A stretch of DNA of 60,494 nucleotides, the filler included, from Hausera hauseri (taxonomy: Eukaryota): assembly GCA_046269625.1 (NCBI GenBank). It is 9 parts of 9 records of this genome, joined end to end, with 100 filler letters (N's around TTAATTAATTAA, not from the genome) between each part and the next. Parts side by side here need not be neighbours in the genome. Positions count along the whole stretch, not along the records: positions 22,204 to 28,735 come from JBJURY010090432.1; positions 28,836 to 36,838 come from JBJURY010827638.1; 7 more parts are not named here. One strand, 5' to 3'. A program made the translations under genes and the position numbers. Below, piece after piece: positions 23,481 through 36,834 of this stretch; the stretch's first letter is position 1, and each line of letters begins with the position of its first letter. A model generated the notes under the pieces. It ran no database searches. It was not told where the DNA came from and worked only from the letters and a program-made list of their open reading frames with translations.

Positions 23481-26400
23481 GTCGCAAAGTTAGAACTATA
23501 AAGAATAAAAGAAAGAGAAAAAGTGGAAAACGAAAAGTGTGTGTTAACTGAGCTTAGTGTGTATAAGGTGTTGAATAACTTCGACTGATTTTTCCTTACT
23601 ATATTGGCTGAATGTGACTCTGCGTGTTGTGTGTTTGTGCAGTGTGTTTGTTTGCAGAGATTGAGGTCGGGAAAAAAATTGGTAGATTTTGGTGTAGGCG
23701 TTGTGTCGTGCGAAGATGAAGAAGAAGGTGAAGAAGGAAGAGAGATTGTTGAAGATGGAATGATAAAGGTATTGAAAAGAGTGTTAGAAGACAAAGGAGT
23801 GATGAAAGGTGTAGTGGTGGATAAAGGAAGAGAAGAAAAATTGGAATAGAGATTGGAATTTTGTTGAGTAAAAGAGTGGAAGAAAATGATACAGAAGTAG
23901 TGGTAGAGATAGGAAGAGTGGTAGGAATAGAAGGAGGAAGTGTATGAAATGATGGAGCAAGACTAGGCGCGGAAAAGGAAGATGGAAGTGGTATAGTAAT
24001 AGATGTAAGGATAGAAGGGAGTGGAGGAGTAAGAAAAGAAGTTGGCGTGTCAGGTGGTAAGGTGTCGTCTACAAAGAATGCTGGCTTTAGGTTGGTGATG
24101 TGTACTGTGAAGTCTTTACCGTCTTTGGACATGATGGCGTTATGCTAATATAGTTGTAACAGTTTGTAGGGCCCCAGGTACCGTGACTAGAAACCGCAAG
24201 GGGCTTGATTCTTCAGCCATACGAATTTAGCCGTGTTCAAATCCTCAGGTAAGTATGTTTTATCTTTGTGAAGTATCCTGCAAAACGAACCCCTGGTGAC
24301 CTCGACGGTGATTTTGCGCCGCCCGTATCGTCTCATCTGTGGGAGTGGTGTCCAGGGCAGTTAGTTCGAATAATGAGCGGTCAGGAGCTCCGAATAAGGC
24401 TTCAGTAGGTGAGCATCCTGTAGAAGCGGACGGAGTGTTCCGCCAGCCAAGCAGAACGAAAGAAAGAAGATTGGTCCAACTACTGTTGTACTCTGCGCGA
24501 ATTTTTAGTGACGTTTTCAATGTACGGGGGAAACGTTCTAGGAGGCCATTCGATTGGGGATAATAAGGCGTAGTATAAATGCAATGAATCCCCAATCGGT
24601 TAACAAGAAATTTGAACAGATTGGATTCAAATTGTGGACCCTGGTCCGTGATGATGAAGCGAGGTGATCCAAACCTGCTAATCCATGTGCGAATGAAAAT
24701 GTCAGCTATGGTATCGATGTTCTTGCTCCGCAGAGGGACGACTTCTGGCCATCGCGAGGAACGGTCCATCATGGTGAGAATGAATTGATGTCCGTTGTCT
24801 GGAGGAAGAGAGCCAACAATGTCGATATGTACGGACTCGAAACGCGATATGCAGGAGAAGTGGAACAGTGGTGGCTTTAAAAGCTTAGTTGTTTTGTATT
24901 TTTGGCAAGTCACACACTCCGTAACCCATTCCTTAACATCAAAACGCATTGATGGCCATATTGTCGTTGGAGTAAACGAAAAGTGGCTTTAGCACCAGTG
25001 TGGTGTAGCGAATTTACGCTATTTAATGCTTACCTTTGCAATGATGGTGCGAGAATTATTACGGAATGACCTGGCTTGGAAGTGTCTAAAGCCACGCCGT
25101 CAACAATTGTGCAAGACTTGAAAGAATTAAGCATGTCTTGAGGTGGCTGGTTGTGTTGAAGTTGAGCTTGCGTAAAAATCGGTGAAAAATTAATCGAACT
25201 AACCGGCCTAGATAAAAAATCGGCAACTAAATTATTAACCCCATTAATATGTTTTATGTTGAAGTTAAATGTCGATAAGTATGATATCTGTCGTTCTTGG
25301 TGTGTGGAAGGATGTTTCATAGCTATGATGTTAAGTAAGGGTTTGTGATCGGTTTATATAGTAAAATTGCGAGCAACAAGTAGGTGTGAGAAATGCTTTA
25401 AAGCAAGAACGATAGCCAATAACTCTCGATCGAACGTTGAATATCTGGTTTCAGGGGATGTTAGCTTGCGAGAGAAAAATTCTAGCGGTTGATTTTTTCC
25501 TTTGTGGATTTGGTGAAGCACAGCACCTACTGCAGTGGTTAAAGCGTCTGTGGTAAGAATGAGTTCCGCATCAGACTTGGGGAAAGAAAGAATGTCGACG
25601 GTCTTAATTCCTTCGCGTATCTTATCAAATTTTTCAGCCAATTCAGGTGTCCACTGGATTGGCTGATGTTTTTTTCCACCGCTTAAGTGTTCAAATGATG
25701 CTGTCAATTCGGAGCAGTATGGTACATATTCATGTACAAAGTATTGTGTACCAAGAAAGTTGCGCATTTAGGTGGTCGTACGTGGTAACTGGATATTTTT
25801 AAGGGCTTCAACTCGGTCTGGTTGAGGAGAGTGGCCACCTGATGAAATAACGTGGCCTAAAAGTTGATGCATTTTTTGAAGAAATGGAATTTGTTGAAAT
25901 TGGCTTGGAGATTATGGTGGTTAAGGCGTTGGAATATTGCGAGATGTTCCTCGTGTTGTTTGGCTGAAGACGAAGCGATCAGAATATCATCAATGTAAGG
26001 GTGCGCAAATGGGAAATCTGACAGAATCGAATCAATATGTCGCTGAAAGGTCTGTGCGGCGTTTCGCAAACCGAAAGGTATAAACGGGTACGCGTAGAGA
26101 CCAAAAGGACTATTGTCAGCGGTTTTTTCAAAATCTTCGGGTGCCACTGACATTTTGTTGTATACTTTGACCAAATCGATGGTCGAATAAATGGTAGTTG
26201 AATTAAGGCGATGCAAGATATCCTTGATGAGTGGTATGGGGTAGACATCCATGATGACCAAGTTGTTAAACTTTCGGTAGTCACCACATGGTCTAAAAGT
26301 ACAGTCCTTTTTTGTACAACGTGTAAAGGTGACGACAAAGGAGATTTGAAACGGCGTACAGTGCCGGAGCGTTCTAGTTCCAGAATTTCGGCTTCTACGG

Positions 26401-28212
26401 CCTGTCTACGACGAGGTGACATTGGTCGTACCTTTTGACGTATTGGTCGTTGATGCTGTGTAATTATGTGATGTACACTGCTGTTTGTAGAGGTAAAAGC
26501 ACGATTTTTTTTAAGTACGCGTGGACATGATGTGGTAACGAATTGCTGTAAAGTTGTAGGCAACTGTGATAGATTCGGTGGTGATGGTGAAACAGCTTGA
26601 GTAGTACCGGATGCGATTTGTGACTTGTTTAGTGATCTGCAGTCAAGTGATATTTGATGTAAGATGGTCAAATTGAAAATGGTGTTGGATGAAGTGATTT
26701 CGTCGAGTAAATGAACATTGGTGACAGTACCACAATTATCGACATCGAACCTTGATCGAATATCAATATTATTATTTAAAAATTTACGAATTGAATTATT
26801 GTTGTGGAAATTCGAATTATTCATTGATTTTCCCAAAATTGACCTCCGTGTCCCGATCGACTGCACGGTAGTCGAAATGCTATTGACATGCTCAGTAATG
26901 CTGACAGTGATTCCGCTCCTCAGACATTGTTGACTGCCGTCAACCAATAAATTATAATGTGATAGGAAGTTGGACCCTAGTATTGCCGTTTGGACGTCCA
27001 ATGGAAAGGTGAAGGAAATTTTGGTAACATAAAGGATCATTTAGCCGTGCCAGAAATGTGCAGCGGTTGACCTGAAACGGTGTATAAGGGTTTAATTCTG
27101 AGTGGTGAATTTTGTACAGGAAAAGATTATAGTAATAAGGAAATCGCTGCACCTGTATCAATGAGGAAATCAACAGATTGCGTCGTAGGAGCGGTGATTG
27201 CAGCCATTAGAGTAAAGACAGCAAAAGAGGCGTGTCGGCATTCAGAAAGTGAAGTAGTGCCTTTGGCAGAGTTTGCCGTGACTTCTGGCGACAAATTCAG
27301 TTCTTTTGAAAAGGTGAACTAGGACGAGTATTAGAAGAAAAGGTAGTACGTCCGTCGTTTGTATCTGGTTTGAAAGTGCAGCCTGGAATGCATTTATGGG
27401 CTTGATTTTTAAACTTTGCGTAGTAAATGCAACAAAGGTGTCTGAAGAAAAACTTTTGTTGTAAAATTTGCACCCTAGGCAGAATTTCTTGGCATTCTTA
27501 TTGAATCTGCTATGATAATAGCAAATTGACGACCGCGCAGGCGATTATAACCAGTTTCTATATGCAGAATGGGCGCGGTCAGCGACAAAATCCCTTCGGT
27601 GGGACAAAGAAAATTCATTTAATTTGTTGTTTATATTATTAATTGTTGCGTGTAGTGCGGTATTTTCAGCACGTAACTGATTGAATTGTTGTTTTATTGA
27701 TATATTATTGTTTTGGATACCGGTAGTGATAACTGCTGCCGAAACAACTGGTGGGGAATTTAAGTGCAGAACATTGTGTGTTATTAGGCTAATTCGGCCA
27801 ATTTATCGAGGGCCGTGGAGTCCTCCACCACGGTAAGTAGGGTCCGGATTTGGATGGGTAACGCGTTAAAAAAGTAATGACGCAGTAGTTCGGAATTGTG
27901 TTCTTTAGTGACGCCGAGTGTGCAGATGTGCCAAAGACGTACGTAACAGTCTGAAGGTCGTTGTGTGCCTATAGCATTGTCGTGGAAGAAGCGTTGTATG
28001 ATCGTGTCCATTGAGGGTTCTGTGATTTTAAGAACAACGTTGGAGAGCTGTGAGTATGGGTCAGGAAGTTTAAATATTTCAAGAATGTTGTGAATTCGTA
28101 TTTTAATGTTGTTAGGGAGTAAGAAGAGGAAATTGTGCGCCTTGGGTAAGTGTCGGTGATATTGTTTGCCTGTAGCCTCAGTTGATTGAATTGCAACCAA
28201 ATTTTGGGCACC
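23384..28212 (-). mobile_element. Family A Gypsy copy A3: partial gag through IN, S/T/P tail, PPT and start of 3' LTR
   Basis: Same motifs as 4800-9200 with intact FLIDTGAAIS; G9 polypurine tract at 23472-23480 followed by TG-initiated GC-rich sequence. Confidence 0.92.
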
Positions 28213-28735
28213 ACATCCATTCCTTCCCACTGTAGTCTGCCTGTCTCTCTAACTTGCTTACAATTCCGGCGTTCTAGGTTCATTGGAATTGGTAGGGTCG
28301 TTGGCTTGATTATGGATAAATATCCGTGAATTAGTCCACAATGCAAGATACTGAGAAATCGTCACAACATGCATTCTATACCATCTATTAAGACTAACTC
28401 TCGTTGCTGATACAGAACGTAGCTTTTCTCTTTGTTTCTAATTTATGCGGTCTCGCATCCTCGCACATTTCTAAATCCATCAATAAATACTTTTGGCCAA
28501 GTTTGAATTTGTCACAGTCATACATTATAACCGCTCCCATTTGTCTTATTAACATAATAGCAGTTAGGAAATTAATTACCCAGTTTGATTCGTTTCCCTG
28601 ATTATTTCCGGTTAATTTTCGTAAAATATCTTCACCTCTACTATTACTATTGCTAGAAAAGGGCCTATTTTGATGTTCTTCTTCTTTTTCAAATAATTTG
28701 GACCAGTTTACTTCTCGGGGCAATTTCCTGGCAGC
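28213..28735 (-). mobile_element. Family B fragment B2: N-terminus of the chuvirus-like glycoprotein
   Basis: PREVNWSKLF..NWVINFLTAIMLIRQMGAVIMYDCDKFK..LMDLEMC, HCGLIHGY; homologous to 46840-47330. Confidence 0.85.
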
Positions 28736-29079
28736 NNNNNNNNNNNNNNNNNNNNNNNNNNNNNNNNNNNNNNNNNNNNTTAATTAATTAANNNNNNNNN
28801 NNNNNNNNNNNNNNNNNNNNNNNNNNNNNNNNNNNTTACTTCTATTTACACAACCGACAAAAGGCAAAGAAAACCTTTAGTGATTGGGTTAAAAAACAGT
28901 ACGACAGGGTTCTTAGCGACACAATTGATCCCCTCATTAAAGTAATTGATAATTTCAAATATAAATATCAAATTGGAGTATGTAATATATTTTCGGGAAT
29001 TCTCAAAGCATGTAAAAATTGGAAGAAATTGTTTTGTATCTCGATCAAATTCTCCCAATTATTAAATTTCGTTTATGGT

Positions 29080-29910
29080 TCATTTAGTTTAAAGGTTAAA
29101 TGGTCCTATGGAAGAAGAGAATGCTTTAATTGGTCTCCGAACATTAGTCGAATTTAAGAGTCGTTATGTAATTCACTCGTTCATTCTTCGATTGAAGTAT
29201 CCATCTGTGAATGCTAAAGTATCTTTAAGATTGACTGAAGTTTCTGGTTATATACTCTCACGACATATCATAACTGTATTAACTACGTTGATTCAGTTAG
29301 TTTCCAAGGTTGTTCCGAATAAATATACGGAAGTGAAAAATCGCTGTAAAGTTGTTCTAATCATTCAAACGATGTTAAAGGAATTGTTCAATAGTGTTAG
29401 TAGTGTTAAATCTGCAAAATAATCAATTTCGGCTTCCCGAATTGTTTTCGGTTATATTGAAGGTCTTAAATTTCAAAGCTTATTAATGGGAAAGGAAATC
29501 GTTACTAGTTACCTTCCAACTCTAACCAGAACCATTACTAAATCTTTTGTTAGTATAAATCGAACGGTGTTACTATCCAGTTTTGTTTGTTTATCAACGA
29601 ATATAACGTCGCTAGAATCGAATAGTATTGAAGATGTAAAGGAAGTAAGAGATTCTATTTTGGTTCGAATCGGGGCAAAAAGTAACCGAGTAGATTCTAC
29701 AAACGATGACATTCTGATCCCAGTCTTTTGTCTCCAATAACGAGGTATTAATCCATTTATCGAGTTATATCGAGAAGGTCTGGTTAATGGTCGTTCAAAA
29801 TTGAAAATAGTAATGACAAGTGGTTTAAATGACTACATTTCTGTTGGTGATACTGGCGTTCTGTCTAAAACAGCCGTAAAGATAACCGATCCGTTGACTC
29901 GTACAATGGC
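29080..29910 (+). pseudogene. GCN1: GCN1 C-terminal HEAT-repeat fragment, intronless, internally deleted
   Basis: ALIGLRTLVEFKSRYVI..LKYPSVNAKV..EVSGYILSRH and GINPFIELYREGLVNG..K..AVKITDPLTR match GCN1 motifs ALDGLKQV..KSR.VLP..P.VN and REG...G..EQ....ITGPLIR; one frame with two stops. Confidence 0.8.
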
Positions 29911-29942
29911 CCAGCTGGCGGGTTGTCAAATGGTGAACGAAT

Positions 29943-30804
29943 TTGACAATACGATGCGAGAAACAGAGACAAAGGAAATGGGACCGAAGAAACGGATACA
30001 CGCATTATTTGAGAAAAACACAAGTACGACCAGAGAAAGAAATACTAGAAAAACAGTTGGAGGTGAAGCCATTGATGGGAATGTCAGTTGGTCTGTCAAA
30101 TGAACCAAAACAATTTGAGTTCGAAAAACGCGAGTCATCTCTAACTGTTCATATTGAAATTCTAAATAGCCGATTGAACTTGGTTAAAAGGAAAAATGAG
30201 AGTCCGAACTATTGTCATATTGCACCGATAGTCAACTTATTTATTGACAGTGACATATTGGCGAGTAAGAGGGATCCCCTTGAGAAAGATATAAATAATT
30301 TAAATGAGTCCTCTGACGACCTGAACAATTTGTTATCTCCAAAAAATGAAAAAAGAGTTAGACTAAATATCGAAAAGTACGCCTATCGAAAACATGGTTG
30401 GTAATTGTACCACTGTTAAAGAAAGTAATTTAACGCAGAATCTGAAGGATATTCAGAAATATTTGACGAACAGAGATGATTCGCGTGTTAATCATTCGTC
30501 TGTTATTGAATGGGAATTTGATAGCGCTGTCGTTGATGGCTCGTTGAGCAGAGATATAATGGAAGGTAAGGAAGACCCTGATGATGATCAGCCATTTATA
30601 TCGTACCAGAAATACGAACATCGGGATATCGAACTTATGACAGAATTGAAGAATCAGAAAGAGAAATTTGTGCCATTGTGTGAACGAATTGCCGAACTGC
30701 ATCAGTTGATTGTCTGTAGCAATTCAACAGAGAGACCGACCTGTAATGGCGACCGTTCTAAAAGTCAAATGTTACTGTGGTGCCCACATTCACCCAATTG
30801 GTGA
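29943..30804 (+). pseudogene. Unidentified ORF fragments
   Basis: Two consecutive + ORFs (153 and 136 aa) with no recognised motif. Confidence 0.2.
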
Positions 30805-30925
30805 ACTATATGTGAAATTACTAATGTAAAAAATTATGGTTATTTAAAATATTTAAATACAGAATGCGGATTTCGACTTTTTTCATTGATATCGGATTTA
30901 CTATTTTAATTGATGGCCTCTTGTT

Positions 30926-31801
30926 TTGAAGACGTTGCTTTTTTTGAGATACAATGAGGGTTCCAAACTTTTCGATTTAGTTATTGATAATTCTGATCAA
31001 AAAATTGATATTTTACCTACAGAATTTATTCTGTACATAACAATTGAAACCGGCGAAACATTAGACGTTAAATTCAATTTAAATCGGATTAATTCGTATC
31101 GTCTTGGCAAACATCGAGTTTTAATTGAAAGTGAAACGTGGAAAATTGGTAATTTCGATGTGCATCCATTTCTGTTGGAATTTGATGACGATAATGACTC
31201 ACTAACTTTTTTTAAACGAATTGACTATTGCAAAACTGGAAGGTCCAGTCAGTATGAGTCTTATGGTAACATAAATTATTCTAAAGCTAATAATCAAACG
31301 ACAAATAGTGTGTCCTTGACACCTCACGAAAAGACGTTTTTTGGTATCCTAAATCTTCCCACAAGTTACATGTCATTCGTACCAAAATTAATCGGAAAAG
31401 ATCCTCAAACTTATCTAAGATCAATTTCCAACAATGTTCGTGATGAACTCTCAACTCCACCAATTGTGGAAATCACGGATCTCAATTCAGTCCTACCCAA
31501 CAAAAGCACTCACAGTGCATTTGTAGTTAATTCAAATCAAACTAATCTTTCGGAATCTCGGTTATCTACTTCGTATTCTGTCAATTCGCTTAAGTCTCAG
31601 ATCATTTCGACTATACCATATCAAGATACGAGCCATCAGGATAATTCAATCGGACCGATAACGTTTAATAACTCTCAGTCTAATTCGATTGCCGATTTTC
31701 CCGGATTGGACGCATATGTCATTAAGCAGAATACCGATATCAATTTATCACGGGATAAGACAACGCACCATCACAAAGGTCCTTTAATAAAATTGAAGTA
31801 A
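30926..31801 (+). CDS. Hypothetical protein: beta-rich, possibly PH-like N-terminus and S/N-rich disordered tail
   Basis: 291-codon open frame (TTG start in the track); alternating beta strands followed by a helix (FLLEFDDDNDSLTFFKRI). Confidence 0.4.
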   Translation: MKTLLFLRYNEGSKLFDLVIDNSDQKIDILPTEFILYITIETGETLDVKFNLNRINSYRLGKHRVLIESETWKIGNFDVHPFLLEFDDDNDSLTFFKRIDYCKTGRSSQYESYGNINYSKANNQTTNSVSLTPHEKTFFGILNLPTSYMSFVPKLIGKDPQTYLRSISNNVRDELSTPPIVEITDLNSVLPNKSTHSAFVVNSNQTNLSESRLSTSYSVNSLKSQIISTIPYQDTSHQDNSIGPITFNNSQSNSIADFPGLDAYVIKQNTDINLSRDKTTHHHKGPLIKLK

Positions 31802-31809
31802 ATATTAGA

Positions 31810-32455
31810 GATGATTTTGGAAAATTTATTAAATTTTCACATGGATCAACTACCAGTTTGACTTTACATTTCCAGCAAGTGTGATATGATATATGTATGA
31901 ACAAAAAACCGTTAATGTTAATAATGACATGTTGATAAAATATTGTGGCTATGTATAGACATCCACAGTTGGGTGAATCACTACCTTATTTCATTAATGG
32001 TAATCAACAAGCAGGTAATTGATTACAGCGATTTCGTAACTTTGCTTTGCCAACATTAAAAATCTCGGATTTTCCACTGCGAAATCTGTCGGTCAAGCAG
32101 CTTTAAAAACCGCTACTGATGTACTCAGTAATAATAAAATCTTTTAGGAAGCCGTTAAAAGTCATGCTATGGAGTCATTGTCCGATGTCAAGAAAAGTTC
32201 AGCAGATGCTATAAAGGAAGGAATTGTATTAATTAATGAACAGAAAGGCAGTGGAATAAGTAATCGCCGTAAACGAAAACAATATAACACTGCATTGGGT
32301 ATAAACAAAAGGCAAAAGTATGAAGGAACCATCTTTGCTAAATAATGTACGCCGGAAAGAGTGAATTATCAGTGTTTGATCACGATATACACAGGTAGTT
32401 GGAGAAAGTTTTACATTCGAAGAAATATATCCGAAAGGCTCAATCACCGGTTAAT
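31810..32455 (+). mobile_element. Polinton fragment: minor capsid C-terminus, QxGxG core-like ORF, major capsid N-terminus
   Basis: GSTTSLTLHFQQV*; LPYF..QQAGN..NFALP..ALKTATDVL..EQKGSG..IFAK*; MYAGKSELSVFD(fs)TQVVGESFTFEEIYP resembles the Polinton MCP start KSELDLF..PPTQ..E.HP. Confidence 0.65.
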
Positions 32456-33576
32456 CAAGTATACAAATAAGTAGGTAGAAGTGTCAGGTCAATAGCATTC
32501 TTCTGATTGGTCCGAAAACCACTTCCCCCCACTTCTATTGCTATAACGATCATTTTTGGTAAAATTTTCTCATGAACCCCTGGCCGTAGACCTTGTCGTA
32601 TGACGGACTTTAGACCGAATCAAATCGGTAGAGCGTGATGAGACGAACAAACGTTTATAGCGCGACAAAGCTCACAAATGTAAGGGTGAGGAGCCAGAGA
32701 GCAGAAATGCAAAACAGGAAATGCGCCAAGAGTAACGCGGCACAAGTTGCTGGCACTTTAATATGCGCTAGAAAGATGAAATCGATGTCGGCGAATTGAA
32801 TGCACACATTTTTAACCTTGTTCGAACATAGGAACATTGGTAGAAACGTTGGGGAAAATTTGGAACTCAACAAATTTCCCTTTGACCAAGTCGGCCGGTG
32901 ATGGAAGTCGGTTAGACACGTGGCCTGTCATAATGTGTACATTTTGTATTGTAGACGTCTCACGATTAGATCATCGGGGGATGGCGAGAAAGCAGCTCGA
33001 AATGCGTTGATGTTGAAGATCATCATTGTAAACGCCGTGTTGTAAAAATCAAGTTTTTCGTTTTATTCTGTGTTGAACATTTTAAATCCGGCGAAACGCG
33101 TTAATGTTAAAAGTCATCATTGTAAACGCTTTATAAAAATCCATTTTGGTGTCATGTTGGAGAATTACCTATGCCATATGCACTGATAATCAGTCAAAGA
33201 CTATTTTATGCAGAACTTAGAAATTTCCGAATAAGACATCAAATTTAATTCACTTATTTGAAACCATCCAGTATTACCACATATATGTATGTTATACAGA
33301 TTTTCATCAAAATCCGAGTTTAAACGTAAAATAGTGTCAGATCTTAATAGGAAAAAATATTGACTCAAAAATGAAACGAAAGCTTTATGAAATTTTAAAA
33401 TTCTTTGCATGTTTCGGTCCACTACAACAATAATAATAATAAGATGACTCCTGAGACCATCAAACAAGTGATGTGCACTAATGAGTCGCGAAAATGTTTT
33501 ATCGTACAATAAAATCATCTAATATTTGTAACAAAATGTAACAATGACACCGAAGTGAAATATCCCACATAAGCAA

Positions 33577-36500
33577 TTACCAGTAAAGTGCCAAATCGCG
33601 ATACTGCAGCTCATACATCCGCAACATGCTCAGATCCAATACCACTTGTCCTATATAATTTGGCCGGTCCGGTATGACGTATACCTTGTTTAAAATTACG
33701 GCAATTAATCCATCGGAAATGTGCATTGATCGCCTGAACTGAGCCTTACTGGTGTACATAACAAACCGCTTTTCACTCTTGCATAGGCTCACATTAGCTG
33801 CTTTTTGAGATTCTGTACTTTTTTTCCATAGAGAATTGTTCTTCAGCTTGTAGTAAACTTTTTCAAACTTGCTACAGGCTGAAGCCCGTTTTTCTGAATT
33901 TCGATCAATGTACGCCTTGAATATCGGGGCTTGATCGAATTGGATTGCGCGATGCAGTTGTATGACGCGTACACCCAACTACATGTAAAATTGCAACGGT
34001 AAATTGCACCTTCGACCCAGGAGGACATTAGTTAAATGGTGCCACCGGTAATTTGTCCAGAGTCATGCAGCTCATCTGGCATTACAAAGTCGACTTCCAT
34101 CAAATATTCGATTGAGCTGCTTTAAGTCATGTCTGTTCTCGGTAGATTTTCCATTATGTCCAGATCTTGTCTGTCGACTACCAACTGGAATGAACCGCAC
34201 GACAAAGGTTGCGAAAGTGTGTAGCCGTACAGGTTATTAATGTCGATATACAACAGTGGTGTGGTATCATCACTGATAGCAGCAGCATTAGCAGCACTAA
34301 CGTGATGTATGTTGACAAATGCCATACCGTCACGAATACCAATATCAAATAGTCTGTATATTTCTGGGTCTTGCAGCAGCTCGATATCCTGATCCAGTGA
34401 CATCAGAGCTGATGTCCAACTCATTCCCGGTTTGGAATAAAAATTGAGTGGCTCAACGTATCTTCCTCCAATGCTTTAGCCCGAAATACTTGAAAGATCG
34501 GCTAATAAGTACACATCTAGTTTCGGATACTGAAACATGTACTCCAACAGGTTTCTTCATCTGAGCTTTGTCCAAAATCCCTGTACTTTCTGCCATTCAT
34601 CTGTGATACCAGATCATCGCGATAGCAAGTCCTCTGTCGTCTGAAGCCGCTTGTACGATACCGCAAAGTCATATGAAAATATGCCTTTGCTGCGTGCAAT
34701 GTGGGAACTGCGTCAATGTTAGCGGAACATCTGGCAAGGCATTTACTAGCTTTGTCAATGATGAAGCGTACCTAGAACCGGTTTGTACGAGCAGACAAGG
34801 ACAGGCATTTCTCCATCGTAGTCGGAATTATGAATGGTTCCCAGTGCGGAAATCCGTTTATTGCCCATTTCGAAATATGGTGACAATTATAACCCCTTAA
34901 ATCATGAAAGATCTAGGGTAGGAATGGTCGTACACGCCTTGTCAAATTTCATGAATTACATGCAGCTTCTACATATCAACCGGTAAAATGATCGTAATCC
35001 AGTACGAGTTGTTCCTTTGCATCGAACGTTATTGTTTTGTGGCACAGGTAACATTCATTGGTGGCTGCAAACATCAACGGTTCATATTCATATGTCCATA
35101 TCAATGGTTTAGTGCTATTATTTCTGTACCACGGTGCGATTTCCGTTTCTACTATTGTTTCCAACCGATGTCGGAAATCGCATATGCAGTTACAATAGTG
35201 GAAAACGTAGTACTGCGTTGACCAGTGGCTTTGATGGGGACTACCAGCATACCGACGGCGATTGGAACATGTTTCTGGTCGTATACGTTGTGCCGTGGTA
35301 GAATTGCTTCGATATCTGCATGTACCACATATGCCGGACTGTTCGATTTCGACCAGTCACTGAATCCGTTTTCCTTTTTGACTGGCATGACGAACATTGT
35401 TGTTTCTGATGAATTTTGTCTAGACGGTGTCACATGTTTTCCAATATTGTTTCTGACCTGAATCGATGCAGATGTATATAACACAATTTACATTGCATGC
35501 GCTTTCTGACGAACTGGTCATGTGCCATATTAAATAGTTTATCCAAATTTGTCACGGCCGTGTAATGGAATTTTCTGCCTGCTCCTACGGCAAAAAATTT
35601 ACTGAGCGTCCATTTGGGTTCCGACTTCGATAGATTATATCCACATGGGGGTTCTTGTAGATCTCTACATCTACCGGTATTTCTATTATTGTGTTGTACC
35701 CGAAAACGTTGATTGTCAGTGTCGGATTACGCCATTCAAAAGCCGGAATGGTTTTCAGTTTCATCGGCATCCAACATTCATCAAAGTCCAATGAGGAAAA
35801 ATACTTTCGATTAGCATTGTCTGTCCACTTCGTCATATTTTAATACGGCCAGAATACTGTAAATAAAACAGTATTCTTCATCAGTATTTTGTACATTCAC
35901 TACCACAGAAGAGCTGCAAGTGTCGGTATTAATAAACGTCCGCCTAAAAATGTTATGTCACTCGACTTTGTTTTGATAAACCAAGAGTGACAATTTTTAT
36001 AATTCGCCATCCACTACCCTTTTCGGTATAGTTTGCAATTTTTTCGTCGAGCTTTTCGTCTACATTGGCAATAACATCCTCGGAATACGGTACAGCTCGA
36101 TGTGAGAGGTGCTATTGTTTCCTGTCGCCTTGTACGTTTTCAACTTCTACCAGTGCATAATAATGCACTTTGCAGTGGTGGAATTTTCTCACTTCTGATT
36201 CCAACAGATTGCTCACATTGGACGGTAAATGCTTTAGTTGCATTGTTGATTGCGGCTATATGTCGAATTTAATGTCCACGTATGATCTTTTCAGATCGTT
36301 CCTGACAATAATGGAAGGTCCAGATTCCTTCTGTTGCTGATGCTGTGTATTGTTGTTTTGCACGTATTCGTCAAGACTTGATGCTTGGCGTTTCCTACTT
36401 GTTGAGGGAATGCTTCTTGTTGATGGGATGCTTCTTTTTGTTGCGTCCATCACTATTTGCTTTTTGGACCACTGAAATTGGTTCAAGTGGTCCTTGTGTT

Positions 36501-36834
36501 GGTTATAAAATTGTTCATAGTTGATTTGCTCAACTACAGAACAACTGGGACAAACAGACCATTTTACCGTGCACCGTTGTGGTGCCATAGTACTGCTCCA
36601 TTTTACTATGGCATCCATCAAAGCCATGCACTGTCGTACTATTATTACAGTAGCGTGGATATACGGACAATGCAGAATCATCATCTTAGACAGCATTTCA
36701 TAAAAATCGGTGTACGGACATTGGGCTGAAATATTACACGTTGGCCACAAATACGTGTCCTTTCCAACGTTATAATATTTGGCCATTGTCCGATGACATT
36801 GATTTTCCTCATGTATTCGCGAGACGCAGTACAT
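33577..36834 (-). pseudogene. Polinton protein-primed family B DNA polymerase (with endonuclease VII-like insert), 3' truncated
   Basis: EKGSGW, NVQN.DE.CFIYSILA, VHADIEAIL (ExoI), CYLC..DYDHFTG, FHDLRGYN (ExoII), YIDINNLYG (motif A), KLKNNSL (motif B); the YxDTDS motif is missing. Confidence 0.9.

Noticed and set aside
23117-23794. 225-aa ORF appearing to be a mucin-like/Cys-loop fusion protein
   Set aside because: Chance read-through across the TE tail, PPT, LTR start and receptor fragment.
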